The notes below the pieces were generated by a model. That model had not been told where the DNA came from. It searched no databases and saw only the letters and a list, made by a program, of their open reading frames with translations. Shown piece by piece: positions 18,681 to 29,045 of a stretch of DNA of 64,000 nt. The DNA is taken from the IMG/VR virus record IMGVR_UViG_3300040801_004034, positions 62,001 to 126,000 of that record, one strand, 5' to 3'. Both the position numbers and the translations under genes were made by a program. The first letter of the stretch is position 1; the number at the start of each line of letters is the position of its first letter.

Positions 18681-19059
18681 CTATTATCTTGATGATATTG
18701 GTCACGTCGAATCCAAGCTGACTGAAAACCCTCTCAACCTTTTCAAGGTATTCAATAACAATTTTTTCATCATCGATATCTTGCCGTAATTTTTTAACTT
18801 CATCGTGTTTTTCAGATGCTTGTAATGCTGTAGCATATGAAACTGCGACTTGACCATCGGCTTTGATTTGATTTGCAATTTTTTGCTTTTTTACATCAAT
18901 CCCTTTCTCAAGTGCTTTGAGATGTCTTTTATGATCAATCAATCTCGCAACCCAAAAGTGTTTCTTTGACGGTACCTGAAGTGCTGCTTCTTTAAGGTTA
19001 AATTGGTTAATTTCGAGATCAGCTTTTATCATATCTCTGTATTTATCTAGGGTCTCCAC
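18664..19059 (-). CDS. uvsY: Recombination mediator UvsY-like
   Basis: DLEINQFNL..AALQVP..H.W, helical protein ending GFDVTNII; position next to uvsW. Confidence 0.75.
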   Translation of the reverse strand: METLDKYRDMIKADLEINQFNLKEAALQVPSKKHFWVARLIDHKRHLKALEKGIDVKKQKIANQIKADGQVAVSYATALQASEKHDEVKKLRQDIDDEKIVIEYLEKVERVFSQLGFDVTNIIKIIAMEQL

Positions 19060-19080
19060 AATATAATTGTAAATACTTAC

Positions 19081-19491
19081 ATGGGTAAGTCAATAACACT
19101 ATTTGAAAAAGCTTTTATAGGTGAATTAACACCTGTCGATCCTGATGTTGAGAAGAATGTAGATAAAAAAGAACTGCAGATAGGTATTGAGGTTGAGATG
19201 GAGCATACGAAAGATAGGAAAGTAGCAAAACTTATTGCATTACAACATCTTGATGAAGATCCTAGATATTATACTAAGCTTAAGACAATTCATACTGATG
19301 AAGAAGATGAAAACACAGTAGGTGATGGTGTTCTCGGACCAAATTCATTTGCTAAGTCAAGTAGCCTTACAAGTACCGATAGTTATGCAGTAGGAGATGC
19401 AAGGGTACCAAAAAGTTTATTTAGTGGTGTTGTTAAACGTAACGGCTTAAGTAACTCAAAGCGCAAGAAGAAGAAAAAGAAAAAAACATAA
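19081..19491 (+). CDS. DUF5661-like late protein
   Basis: ELQIGIEVEMEHT....AKLIALQHLDEDPRYYTKL; TAAATA promoter. Confidence 0.75.
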   Translation: MGKSITLFEKAFIGELTPVDPDVEKNVDKKELQIGIEVEMEHTKDRKVAKLIALQHLDEDPRYYTKLKTIHTDEEDENTVGDGVLGPNSFAKSSSLTSTDSYAVGDARVPKSLFSGVVKRNGLSNSKRKKKKKKKT

Positions 19492-20219
19492 TGAAAAATT
19501 TTTATTACACAATACCGCAATCAAAATATACATTATTGTGTGATTTCTATGCTTTAGAATTGATTAACCACTATCGTGTTTAACACGATTGTGTATTTCC
19601 AACTAAATTATCGTTCTCTATCGATTGTGCAAGAGATACGATTTGTAATTATCTCATTCCATATCTATGTGATCAAATGTTTGTTGGTATTATCGCTGAA
19701 TTCTGTTTTGAAGGTCTTGACGAAGCTAATATTGTTGAGCAAAGCAAATTTAATTATCTCACACAGTTTTTTGATACGATCAATGAAATGAAGCACTTGC
19801 CTGATTTAGTTATGTTACACAGGATTAACGTTATTTCTAACGATATTAAATTACAAATAGCCTGTCACAATCACACACGTATTGATTTTGTTCGGTTCTT
19901 TAAGTCTTTATTAGATCATGACGATTTTTGGGTAAATATCGCTGATACATACATAGAGTTACACAGTTGTAATGATATAGACAAAAAAATATTATACATA
20001 GATCAATGCATACATATTCAACATTATTCTGGTTCAGTGCTTGATAAATCATTAGATCTACTACCTATTATTGATATGTTTTTACGTATGAAACGAAAAA
20101 TAACCTGTCTTTCTGATTATATCAATATTGGTGTGTCAGTGACTATGCACAAAATACTATTAAATACTATACAGATAGTTACAAGATATGATAAAAGATT
20201 TAGGACACTGGGAATATAA
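19491..20219 (+). pseudogene. Hypothetical gene (242 codons) with an internal TAA at 19581-19583
   Basis: ATG 19491 overlaps the previous stop and is in frame with ORF 19677..20219; only one stop lies between them. Confidence 0.55.
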
Positions 20220-20592
20220 TGGTGAAATACCAGATGATTGTTTTGGTTTCATTTATGAAATCACAAACAACAAAACTAACCGTAAATACATAGGCAAAAA
20301 GCAAATGCAGAAGCGTATTAAACGCAAACCACTTAAAGGTAAGAAGCGAAACCGTATTTGCTGGTTAGAAAGCGACTGGAAAACATATACTGGTAGCTGC
20401 AGGGAACTTAATGAGGAAATAGAACAGTATGGTAAGGAACACTTTACGTTTGAAATACTAAAACTATGTTGTTCTAAATCAGATCTTGCATATAATGAAA
20501 TTAAGTTACAACTAGAAAAAGATGTGTTGTTAAGAGAAGAATATTTCAATGGCATTATCAACTGCCGTCTTGGGAAAGTTAAGCTATCTTGA
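20188..20592 (+). CDS. Short GIY-YIG nuclease conserved in T4-like phages
   Basis: FGFIYEITN....KYIGKK...ESDWKTYTGS; catalytic domain only. Confidence 0.8.
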   Translation: MIKDLGHWEYNGEIPDDCFGFIYEITNNKTNRKYIGKKQMQKRIKRKPLKGKKRNRICWLESDWKTYTGSCRELNEEIEQYGKEHFTFEILKLCCSKSDLAYNEIKLQLEKDVLLREEYFNGIINCRLGKVKLS

Positions 20593-20625
20593 TTTTAACT
20601 TGTTCATAAGCTATAATGCTGTTAT

Positions 20626-21174
20626 ATGGTAGTAGAGCCACATAACTTTGAAATCGTTGATTTTAATAAACTTCTAAAAAGTAGTATTCAGATTAATATC
20701 GTTGATAATCTGTTTGATCTTAGCCTGGATGAAAATAAAAAACTTGGTAATGATATAAGAAATATAATGTTTCACCATATCATACATGGGTTATGTGAGC
20801 ATATTCTCAAAAAACAGAGTAAAGTGGTTGTGATATGTTGTGAAACAGAGTTTGAGTGTAGTGATCTTTACACGTTATATAGTAAAGAATCAGTTGATAA
20901 AGCTATTGTTAGTGCAATACGTAAGATTTCATCTTCATTACCAATATGCGTTTATAGAACACAACGAAATTTCAACACGATCGTTAAAATACTTGAGTCT
21001 AATGATGGTATGAGCGGAACACTTATAAATTCATTCAAATGTGCTATTGAAAAGAAGAATATTTCATCATATAACTTCAGCAAAATTAAAAAGATAGCTC
21101 AAACATACAATTTAACATTTTTAAACAAAGAATATTTTAACAACCTATCAACAAAGTTACTTCTAGTAAGGTAA
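20626..21174 (+). CDS. Hypothetical protein
   Basis: 182-aa ORF with TTGATT/TATAAT promoter. Confidence 0.55.
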   Translation: MVVEPHNFEIVDFNKLLKSSIQINIVDNLFDLSLDENKKLGNDIRNIMFHHIIHGLCEHILKKQSKVVVICCETEFECSDLYTLYSKESVDKAIVSAIRKISSSLPICVYRTQRNFNTIVKILESNDGMSGTLINSFKCAIEKKNISSYNFSKIKKIAQTYNLTFLNKEYFNNLSTKLLLVR

Positions 21175-21220
21175 ATCAAAAACTACTTAGAGTCATAGTT
21201 CGATATACATAAATAATGAT

Positions 21221-21847
21221 ATGGATAAGTTTACACGATTAGCAGAATCAGTTTGTCATACAATTAACGAGAATGCAGAAACACAGCAAGCACAGAGTGC
21301 TGCTATTGCGTTCAGGGATGAATTTTACGAACTGTATAAAAAATACTCAATAGATGATATCAGTCTTCAAGAATACAATGACAAGTATGATATGATCAAA
21401 ACCAAAGCTAAAGCAACACTTGATGCAAAAGCTCCTATCTGGGCGATTGATCCTGAAAAAGCTGGTGAATTCTCTGATGACTATAAGTCTGAAAATGGTG
21501 TTAGACCAAATCTCGATCAATGGGATGAACAAGAAGTGGATGATTGGACTGAAAGAAACAGATCGAGCAGCGAAGATGGTGAATCGCTTGCTTCAACTGT
21601 TCGTCCATTAGATGGTTTCTTTACAGGTGCTGATCAACCTTATATTAGTGATGAAGAAAGTACTGAAGAAGGGTTTCTAACACCAGACCAAACAACAGCA
21701 TTGAATACAGCTAAATCTCTTGCAACAAAACCAAAAGGTGGTATAAATCCATTCAACAAGCCACAGAAACAGATTGATAAAGCTCTTGGTGATATGTATA
21801 GTAAAGTAGCTAATAAAGTAACAAAAGTTTCAAGCCAAATCAAATAA
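21221..21847 (+). CDS. Hypothetical late protein (possible internal head protein)
   Basis: TAAATA-N5-ATG; N-terminus MDKFTRLAES..TINE. Confidence 0.6.
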   Translation: MDKFTRLAESVCHTINENAETQQAQSAAIAFRDEFYELYKKYSIDDISLQEYNDKYDMIKTKAKATLDAKAPIWAIDPEKAGEFSDDYKSENGVRPNLDQWDEQEVDDWTERNRSSSEDGESLASTVRPLDGFFTGADQPYISDEESTEEGFLTPDQTTALNTAKSLATKPKGGINPFNKPQKQIDKALGDMYSKVANKVTKVSSQIK

Positions 21848-21848
21848 T

Positions 21849-22166
21849 ATGAGTAAATTTCTAGAATCATTAAACCGTTATTATGAAAACACAGGTCTTG
21901 ATCAACCAGTTGAAGACCCGAATGCAGAAATGCCTATGCCTGAACCAGAAGGTGAGCCAGAAGCAGCTCCTGAACCGGAAGTTGATCCATTAACATCTGA
22001 AGGTGAAGTTCATTTAACAAGATTACTTCGTAAAGCTCTTCTAATGAATGTTGAAGAAGGTGATGTGGATGACATCGCACTTGAAGATGATATCAACGAA
22101 ACAAATAGTCGCCAGATGGTAGATAAAATCATCGGTGTTATGCGGAAGTATACAGACGATATTTAA
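21849..22166 (+). CDS. Hypothetical acidic protein
   Basis: Pro/Glu-rich 105-aa ORF; N-terminus MSKFLESLNRYYE. Confidence 0.6.
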   Translation: MSKFLESLNRYYENTGLDQPVEDPNAEMPMPEPEGEPEAAPEPEVDPLTSEGEVHLTRLLRKALLMNVEEGDVDDIALEDDINETNSRQMVDKIIGVMRKYTDDI

Positions 22167-22169
22167 TTT

Positions 22170-23150
22170 ATGGTAATACCAGATAATAACGTCCGTATAT
22201 TTGCGAAGATAAACGGACGCGAGATGCTTCATATCGGTGATGTTGTAACAAACTATTATCATGATGTATTGGTTAAACATGTTGAATTAGGTTCTATTGA
22301 AAAGGTCCGAATACGTAAACTCATCAAAGAACGACTTGATAGTTGTGGTGGTAATATCAATCAAAATGTCGATATCTGGCAAGATTATATAAATGAGGGT
22401 AATTTTGACCTCGTTGATGAAAAGTTTTTACGTTGTGAAAACATGTTACTCGATAAAATTCAGAATCATGATGTTTTCAGTCTTAATGAACTCATTTCAG
22501 CTGGTTGGAATGAAGCAAACATTAACAATCAATATTTTGACCAGGCATTTGAAACCGTACCAGAAGCGCCATTGTTTGGTAGACCAGGAGCTAGTGAGTT
22601 ATATTTAGCTTTCTTCTGTAATGGTGAAAAACCGAAAAAAGGTGATTTGAATGTCGGTGGGGTTGATATTGAACTTAAAGGCCCGGGCGGTAGATTATAT
22701 AAGACACCAAAACTTGTTACTGATTTTTCAGTACTCGATCAACAACTCGAAACAACCAGTGAAATTTTAAATGCTGTTGCGGATTTTATCAGTGGTTATG
22801 CTGGTACATTACATTTGAGATCACAAATTGGTGATATGGTTAATTTATTCGCAGCTGAATGTGAAAGGGAATACTTATACTATAAAGACAGAAACAAATT
22901 AAGACCAAAGAACATTCTTGTATATATAGGTGGGTTATCTCAATTATTTTCATATCAGAGTGCACAGGGGTTTGATGTTTTTACATCCTTTTCAAAATCA
23001 GATGATAATATCCAATTTAAAACTATCGACTTCAGACAAATATCCAATTTATTAGAGTTACACGCTGCTATTAAAAAAAATACATGGTTGAAATTTTCAA
23101 GAAATATTGATGGTAACGGTTGGTGCTTAGATAGAACACAAATAAAATAA
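22170..23150 (+). CDS. PD-(D/E)xK restriction-endonuclease-like protein
   Basis: GASELYLAF...KGDLNVGGVDIELKG motif. Confidence 0.55.
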   Translation: MVIPDNNVRIFAKINGREMLHIGDVVTNYYHDVLVKHVELGSIEKVRIRKLIKERLDSCGGNINQNVDIWQDYINEGNFDLVDEKFLRCENMLLDKIQNHDVFSLNELISAGWNEANINNQYFDQAFETVPEAPLFGRPGASELYLAFFCNGEKPKKGDLNVGGVDIELKGPGGRLYKTPKLVTDFSVLDQQLETTSEILNAVADFISGYAGTLHLRSQIGDMVNLFAAECEREYLYYKDRNKLRPKNILVYIGGLSQLFSYQSAQGFDVFTSFSKSDDNIQFKTIDFRQISNLLELHAAIKKNTWLKFSRNIDGNGWCLDRTQIK

Positions 23151-23154
23151 AATT

Positions 23155-23916
23155 ATGGGCGGAAATGCTGTAACAAATGTAGGACCAATTCATATTGACG
23201 AAATTGGTCCCACAATAGAAGCTCTCGAACAGGCACTCGGTATAAAATTGAGAGATAATACTCTTGGTTCAGTTGGTAAAAAAGACATATCAGGTGACAT
23301 CGATATAGCTATTGATATAAAAGTTGAAGACAGGCTTGATTTTATTGAACATCTTAAAACTTGTTGGATTGTACATGAAGTATCATTATCCTCTGTTGCA
23401 AGTACAAAAGTTGAGATAGTTAATTATAATCCAGATGTTAAAGCTGATAATCGAACAGGTTATGTACAGGTTGATTTTATGTTTGGTGATCCTGAATGGC
23501 TCAAACTTTTTTACCATTCACCATCTCAAAGTGAATCTAAATGGAAAGGCGCACATCGAAATGCTATGATATGTGCAATAACACAAGTTCATAAGTATAC
23601 AACTAGAGAAGGTATTACCTGGAGATATTCATGGTCACCGAAACGAGGTTTAATATATGTTAGGCGAGAACCAAAAATAGGTAAAAATGGTCGATTACTT
23701 AAAGCAACTATTGAAACACCAATTCATGGACCATATAGAACCGCTAGCGGAATAATTGATAATCTAGGTTTAAATTTTGTAAATGATTTAACCTCATATG
23801 AATCTCTTAGAGATGCTGTTAAGCTTAATTACTCACCTGTAAAAGCTGCATTAGTTATGGAGAAATTTAGAGAAAGTAGTCACTTAGAAAAAATGGGTGG
23901 AATCCCGCAAGATTAA
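23155..23916 (+). CDS. Pol-beta superfamily nucleotidyltransferase
   Basis: LGSVGKK..SGDIDIAID (GS...DxD) plus a third Asp in VQVDFM. Confidence 0.8.
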   Translation: MGGNAVTNVGPIHIDEIGPTIEALEQALGIKLRDNTLGSVGKKDISGDIDIAIDIKVEDRLDFIEHLKTCWIVHEVSLSSVASTKVEIVNYNPDVKADNRTGYVQVDFMFGDPEWLKLFYHSPSQSESKWKGAHRNAMICAITQVHKYTTREGITWRYSWSPKRGLIYVRREPKIGKNGRLLKATIETPIHGPYRTASGIIDNLGLNFVNDLTSYESLRDAVKLNYSPVKAALVMEKFRESSHLEKMGGIPQD

Positions 23917-23917
23917 C

Positions 23918-24802
23918 ATGAGTTCACGCAAAAGTATACAACATCTTTACTCATTAAATAAGCCTGATGTTTACTCAATGGATTTCTTTACTCTCAAAGA
24001 GTTCGCTGAAGAATTATCTAAGATAAATGGAATCATCGAACCTGGTAATACAACAGTATCTGAAAAAGTGGATGGTTCGGCTATATTCTTCGGTAAAGAA
24101 GACGGTAAGTTTTATATGGAAAGTAGCCATTCAGGTAAGGTATTCAAAGCAGAAGATTTTGAAGATGGTTCTCATGTACGATACCCTCAACACCCTTTAG
24201 CTCGAAAAGCATTTAGGGATAATTTTGATTCAATATTTGCTTTGGTAGGTCATACAATTAGTGATTATAACAACGTTCGAATTCAAGCTGAATGGTTTTA
24301 TACACCAATGGCTAAAAGATGTGTTAATCGTCATGGTTACGTGTTATTCATCGAGACTGATTACATTAAAGCTAAGCTTGGAAGATTGAGTACGTTTGTT
24401 GTGATTGATGCACCGAAAGAAGTTCAAAACAGATTGCTTGCTATTAATACTGTTGATGTCAAATTCTTATCACCTAAAATATCATCATTTCTTATTGTTG
24501 ATCTTAGTAAAGAACTGCAACAGCTCCAAGAAGCATTAAATATAGTTGAAGAGGAAACTGATATAGAAGCATTAAACCAACCAGCACGAAAGAAAGAAGA
24601 TAGACAAAGAAGAAACACAGTATTGGAATCAATTGAAAGACACTTATTACCACTTCAGGAATCTATTTATCATAAAATATATAATAAACTAACTAATGGT
24701 ACTGGTATACTTGGTGATATTGAAGGTTTTGTAGTAACATTAGGTCATATAACATTTAAAGTAAACAATCCACAATTCATGAAACGTAAATTCAACTTAT
24801 GA
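23918..24802 (+). CDS. ATP-dependent ligase-like covalent nucleotidyltransferase (RNA-ligase-like)
   Basis: Motif I EKVDG, motif III QAE, motif IV EGFVV, motif V FKV. Confidence 0.7.
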   Translation: MSSRKSIQHLYSLNKPDVYSMDFFTLKEFAEELSKINGIIEPGNTTVSEKVDGSAIFFGKEDGKFYMESSHSGKVFKAEDFEDGSHVRYPQHPLARKAFRDNFDSIFALVGHTISDYNNVRIQAEWFYTPMAKRCVNRHGYVLFIETDYIKAKLGRLSTFVVIDAPKEVQNRLLAINTVDVKFLSPKISSFLIVDLSKELQQLQEALNIVEEETDIEALNQPARKKEDRQRRNTVLESIERHLLPLQESIYHKIYNKLTNGTGILGDIEGFVVTLGHITFKVNNPQFMKRKFNL

Positions 24803-25500
24803 AACGAAAATTTAAAATACCGACACCAAAAACAAAAACCATTAACTTTGAATCAGCATACGATAAATTCAGTGATATTTCATCGCTACTGAATGAGTTT
24901 GATGAACAGAAGCATAAAAACGTGTTCGTTTTTTATCCTGGTAGGTTTCATCCATTCCATACCGGTCATACATCTATTTATCATGCATTGCAACAGCAAT
25001 TCCCTGACAGTCATGTTATTATAACAACATCTGATAAAGTTGATCCGCCAAATTCTCCATTCACGTTTGATGAAAAATACAAAATGATGGTTGTAGCTGG
25101 TGTTGATCCAGATTCAATTGCTGAAACACAATCACCATACCGAGCTACTGAAGTAGTGGAAGTACTTCCTGAAAATGCAATTACCATTTTTGCAATATCA
25201 GAAAAAGATATGAAAGGATCCAAAGCTAGAATCAACTTCAATCCTAAGAAAGATGGTTCACCAAGCTATCTTCAACCATTTGAATCAATTGAGGAATGTA
25301 AAGGTAGAATGGAGCACGGTTATGTAACAACATTACCTACATTGGATTTTGATTTAATGGGTAGCAATATCAATTCTGCAAGTGAATTAAGAAAAATATA
25401 TGCAGATGCAGATGAAATTAAGCGCCAGCAAATTATACAATATTTGTATGGTCGATTAGATGAAGAAATCTATAAGATCTTCAACCTTAAGATCGATTAA
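24799..25500 (+). CDS. HxGH (cytidylyltransferase/NMNAT-like) nucleotidyltransferase
   Basis: YPGRFHPFHTGH, PFTFDEK and SASELR motifs. Confidence 0.85.
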   Translation: MKRKFKIPTPKTKTINFESAYDKFSDISSLLNEFDEQKHKNVFVFYPGRFHPFHTGHTSIYHALQQQFPDSHVIITTSDKVDPPNSPFTFDEKYKMMVVAGVDPDSIAETQSPYRATEVVEVLPENAITIFAISEKDMKGSKARINFNPKKDGSPSYLQPFESIEECKGRMEHGYVTTLPTLDFDLMGSNINSASELRKIYADADEIKRQQIIQYLYGRLDEEIYKIFNLKID

Positions 25501-25880
25501 GATAACTCATTCATCGCTTTTATAATAAGCGCTTTAGCTAATTTCGGTGATTGGTTTATTTCATTTTCGATTTCACCTAAAAGTCTTACCACATCTTCAA
25601 CGAAAACGAGATCTCCATCAGCTTTCGGTTTGGTTATTGATTCTGAATCTTCAAAATCCCACCCTCCTGAATAATTATAACTTATACCATCATAACGTTG
25701 TATAAAACTACTCGTCTCTTCATCAGATGGAAATTCGATAGAAGTCTTTCCATCTAAAGGTACTGCATTTCCGAGATCTGTTACTCGTCTTGGTGCATTA
25801 GCTGGGTTACCACCAGCATTTGGTCCTAAACCAACATTTTCGGTGTATATTTCATATATAAGATTAAGTTCATGCTCCAT
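25497..25880 (-). CDS. Hypothetical late protein
   Basis: TAAATA-N5-ATG; N-terminus MEHELNLIYEIYTE. Confidence 0.6.
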   Translation of the reverse strand: MEHELNLIYEIYTENVGLGPNAGGNPANAPRRVTDLGNAVPLDGKTSIEFPSDEETSSFIQRYDGISYNYSGGWDFEDSESITKPKADGDLVFVEDVVRLLGEIENEINQSPKLAKALIIKAMNELS

Positions 25881-25884
25881 GTAA

Positions 25885-26787
25885 TTATTTAAGCTTATGC
25901 ATAATAGCTAAACCTTCATCTAATTTGATAGATGGCACCCACCCTATATGTTCCCGTATCTTCGAGCAATCGACTCTACAACCATTGTAATCATTTGCTC
26001 TTGCTGGCTTGTTAACAACTCTTGAAATACTATCTGTTAGATTGATAATCTTTTCAGCAAGTTCCTTCATAGTAACTATTTCATCACCATCAATATTGTA
26101 TGTCTGGTTTGCGCATATCGGGTTTAATACTGCTACATTAGCACTAGCATGGTCATTAACATTAAGAAATGAACGTGTTGGTCCATTATCATCACCTTGT
26201 ACAACAATATTCCAATGTTTGTTAGCACTTTCAAAAAATCTCATAACAACACTGCTCGGATGACCATTAGGACCATATGCTGTACCATATCTCAAAATTG
26301 TATAATCAATACCATATACTGCACTATACATCTTCACGATTTGTTCACCAATGAGTTTACTTTGTGAGTATATATTACGTTGTGTTTCATCAGGTAAACG
26401 AGTTGTTTCATTCGCTGAATCTAATCCTGAATATACATGCACACTACTAGGAAAAATAAACCGTTTTATGTTATGCTTTCTGCATAATTCAAGTGCGTTG
26501 GTCAGTCCTTTAATATTAAGTTCGTTACCCTTCTCAGGATTTTGTTTATATTCATTTACAATTGTAACAGCTGGAAAGAAAAACATGCAATCAAATTCCT
26601 TGTTATCTAACAATTTATCAACCGTATCCAGGTAACATATGTTACCGTATGTTTCATAGAATGATTCAGTAAACCGATTATGTGTATGTGAAATATCAAT
26701 ACTAACAACTTCATGATTATCATCAAGTAATTTTTGACATGTTTTTTGGCCTATAAATCCTGATCCACCTAATACTACAATTTTCAT
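25885..26787 (-). CDS. NAD-dependent nucleotide-sugar epimerase/dehydratase
   Basis: GGSGFIG, SS..VY, YSQSK and LRYGTAYGP motifs. Confidence 0.9.
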   Translation of the reverse strand: MKIVVLGGSGFIGQKTCQKLLDDNHEVVSIDISHTHNRFTESFYETYGNICYLDTVDKLLDNKEFDCMFFFPAVTIVNEYKQNPEKGNELNIKGLTNALELCRKHNIKRFIFPSSVHVYSGLDSANETTRLPDETQRNIYSQSKLIGEQIVKMYSAVYGIDYTILRYGTAYGPNGHPSSVVMRFFESANKHWNIVVQGDDNGPTRSFLNVNDHASANVAVLNPICANQTYNIDGDEIVTMKELAEKIINLTDSISRVVNKPARANDYNGCRVDCSKIREHIGWVPSIKLDEGLAIMHKLK

Positions 26788-26845
26788 ATGATATTATTAT
26801 ACATTGTCATTCTTTGATGTCAATCATATCTGCATAAATAATATT

Positions 26846-27604
26846 ATGTCAACAATTTCAAATACGGGTCCGATTAGTGCAAGTCAAATCGAGAACGTGA
26901 GTTTCAATTCTATCGCAAGTAATTCACTCGATAGAGATGCTATCAGTGTTAACCAACACTTTACTTTCCTTCAGACAAATGGTGCTACCCCTAGTAAAGA
27001 TGGGGACCCGGATAAGAAATTCAGCGATTTTAGAAATAGTTCTATACCAACAATTTTAATTGAAATTACTGGTGAAACAGCTACACGATATCAAAATGTG
27101 AATGATGGATTACTAGATATTTATATTGATACAAACACATTCGTGAGAGATAGTAGTGGTACAATTTCCGTTTTTTATTCATTGAATAAAATTCAACCAG
27201 CAACTAGATACGTCGCTGAAAGTGAAGTGGGGGTTGTTCCATGGACTGAATTTACCACATCATCTACAGACGAAAGTCTTGTAATTGATAATGGTGATGG
27301 TACTATAAACAATTTAGATGCAGGTACACAATATATTTTATATGTATATGATGGTAATTCTAATGATATAGCAGTAGATTTAACACTATTAAAAAAATTC
27401 ATTACTGTAGGTTACAGTACAACAACATCTGATGTTATAGGTGTACCAGATGTATCATTATGGACAAAACGAGATCGATTAATAAGATCTGGAAATAATA
27501 CAATATATAATAATGGTACATATTGGAATGAAACAACCGAATACATTAACGCAGTTAATACAGCTAGAGTAGCGGAGATACAAAAACACAACGACGATTT
27601 ATAA
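26846..27604 (+). CDS. Hypothetical Ser/Thr-rich protein, possibly virion-associated
   Basis: Late promoter at 26835-26840; TGPISASQI N-terminus resembling fibre-like proteins. Confidence 0.5.
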   Translation: MSTISNTGPISASQIENVSFNSIASNSLDRDAISVNQHFTFLQTNGATPSKDGDPDKKFSDFRNSSIPTILIEITGETATRYQNVNDGLLDIYIDTNTFVRDSSGTISVFYSLNKIQPATRYVAESEVGVVPWTEFTTSSTDESLVIDNGDGTINNLDAGTQYILYVYDGNSNDIAVDLTLLKKFITVGYSTTTSDVIGVPDVSLWTKRDRLIRSGNNTIYNNGTYWNETTEYINAVNTARVAEIQKHNDDL

Positions 27605-27605
27605 T

Positions 27606-28409
27606 ATGACAATAAAAGAAAGACGATTAGATTTACTTAAGAAATACATCATAAAAATAGAGGGTGAATTTTTTACACTATGCAATGATTTTTTTGCACC
27701 GTTTGAAGGAGCTGGTCAGTTTATTGATGATCATACATTGAAAGTTTTTAATATCACAACAAACCAGCCTTGTACAATCGATATTAGAAGTAGTTTCGTA
27801 TTTACCTTTTCTGACCCTGCAAATGAGCACCCAAGCTTATTATTATTAAAGACTGAAGATGAACAATTTGAATATAATATGTTTGTTATATCAAATTTTG
27901 TTGAACGCGCTAAACTATTTGAATTAATCGTAAACCGTGCATCTTTATTCAATAAAAAAATATATAAAACAGTAAAGGAATCATGTGAAAAATTATTTAC
28001 AACACATAAAATCGATGATCATTCTACAATGTTTTGTCTAATGTTTAATATTAACCCTATAACCGGTAGCGTTAGATTACCACAGTTTAGAAAAACATGG
28101 AAAATGGTAGTTGCGGTGTATAGTGAGAAGGCAAAAACGAAACTACGTTCTGAGATTGAAAAGAATGCAGAAAATGCGGATGATCTTGAAACTCTTATTG
28201 ATGTAGTCGACCAGTCTGTGTCACACTGTTATGATGAAATAGATGAAATTACTGATATTGAAGATGCAATGTTAACATGGCCGAGAGTTTTGTTACCCGC
28301 ACCGGAGTTTATTGTAAATAGTAACACCGGTCGGTTTATTTACATGGATTTACCGAGTTCAGTGAGTAAAATAAAGGATGACGACTCAGACGAAAACGAA
28401 GCCGGTTAG
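27606..28409 (+). CDS. Hypothetical protein
   Basis: 267-aa ORF; C-terminal helical region ending TWP..LLPAP. Confidence 0.5.
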   Translation: MTIKERRLDLLKKYIIKIEGEFFTLCNDFFAPFEGAGQFIDDHTLKVFNITTNQPCTIDIRSSFVFTFSDPANEHPSLLLLKTEDEQFEYNMFVISNFVERAKLFELIVNRASLFNKKIYKTVKESCEKLFTTHKIDDHSTMFCLMFNINPITGSVRLPQFRKTWKMVVAVYSEKAKTKLRSEIEKNAENADDLETLIDVVDQSVSHCYDEIDEITDIEDAMLTWPRVLLPAPEFIVNSNTGRFIYMDLPSSVSKIKDDDSDENEAG

Positions 28410-29031
28410 AAACGTACTCGTAATAGCTCCACACGCTGACGACGAAATATTAGGTTGTGGCGGTACACTTTTGAAGCTTGTTGAACAAGGGTACACAACA
28501 TATTGCGTTATCTGCTGTAAGCGAAAAGATGAGAAACAGATACAAGCAGTAAGAGGCAATAAAAAGATACATACAAAAAACCTCTTTTTTTTAAATTACC
28601 CGGATGAGCGTCTTTATACCAAGAAAGATGAATGTCTTAAGAAAATAGAAGCTGTATATAACAGTCTACAACCTGAAATAGTATTCATCCCATCATATAA
28701 TGACATCAATTTAGATCATAAAGTGGTAAACGAGTTAAGTTTGATTGTTTGTCGACGTTTTCAGGAACATACACCTTCAGTTGTGTATGAATATGAAGTA
28801 CCATCAACATCTACCCAGTCTCCTGGAACATTTCAACCTAATGTTTATTTTACTCTTACTACTGATCATGTCGATACGAAAGTTCTAGCATTTTATCATT
28901 ATATTGATGAAATAAGAGAGTTTCCTAACCCACGATCTATTATAGGTTTACAAACATACTGTAAGTTTAGAGGTATGGAATGTAATAGTGAATATGCTGA
29001 AGGTTTTAAGGTTGTTTTTCAGAAATTATAA
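28378..29031 (+). CDS. PIG-L/LmbE family N-acetyl-sugar deacetylase
   Basis: VIAPHADDEILGCGG, D.N.DH, YEYE and AEGF motifs. Confidence 0.9.
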   Translation: MTTQTKTKPVRNVLVIAPHADDEILGCGGTLLKLVEQGYTTYCVICCKRKDEKQIQAVRGNKKIHTKNLFFLNYPDERLYTKKDECLKKIEAVYNSLQPEIVFIPSYNDINLDHKVVNELSLIVCRRFQEHTPSVVYEYEVPSTSTQSPGTFQPNVYFTLTTDHVDTKVLAFYHYIDEIREFPNPRSIIGLQTYCKFRGMECNSEYAEGFKVVFQKL

Positions 29032-29045
29032 GATATAATTGATGA

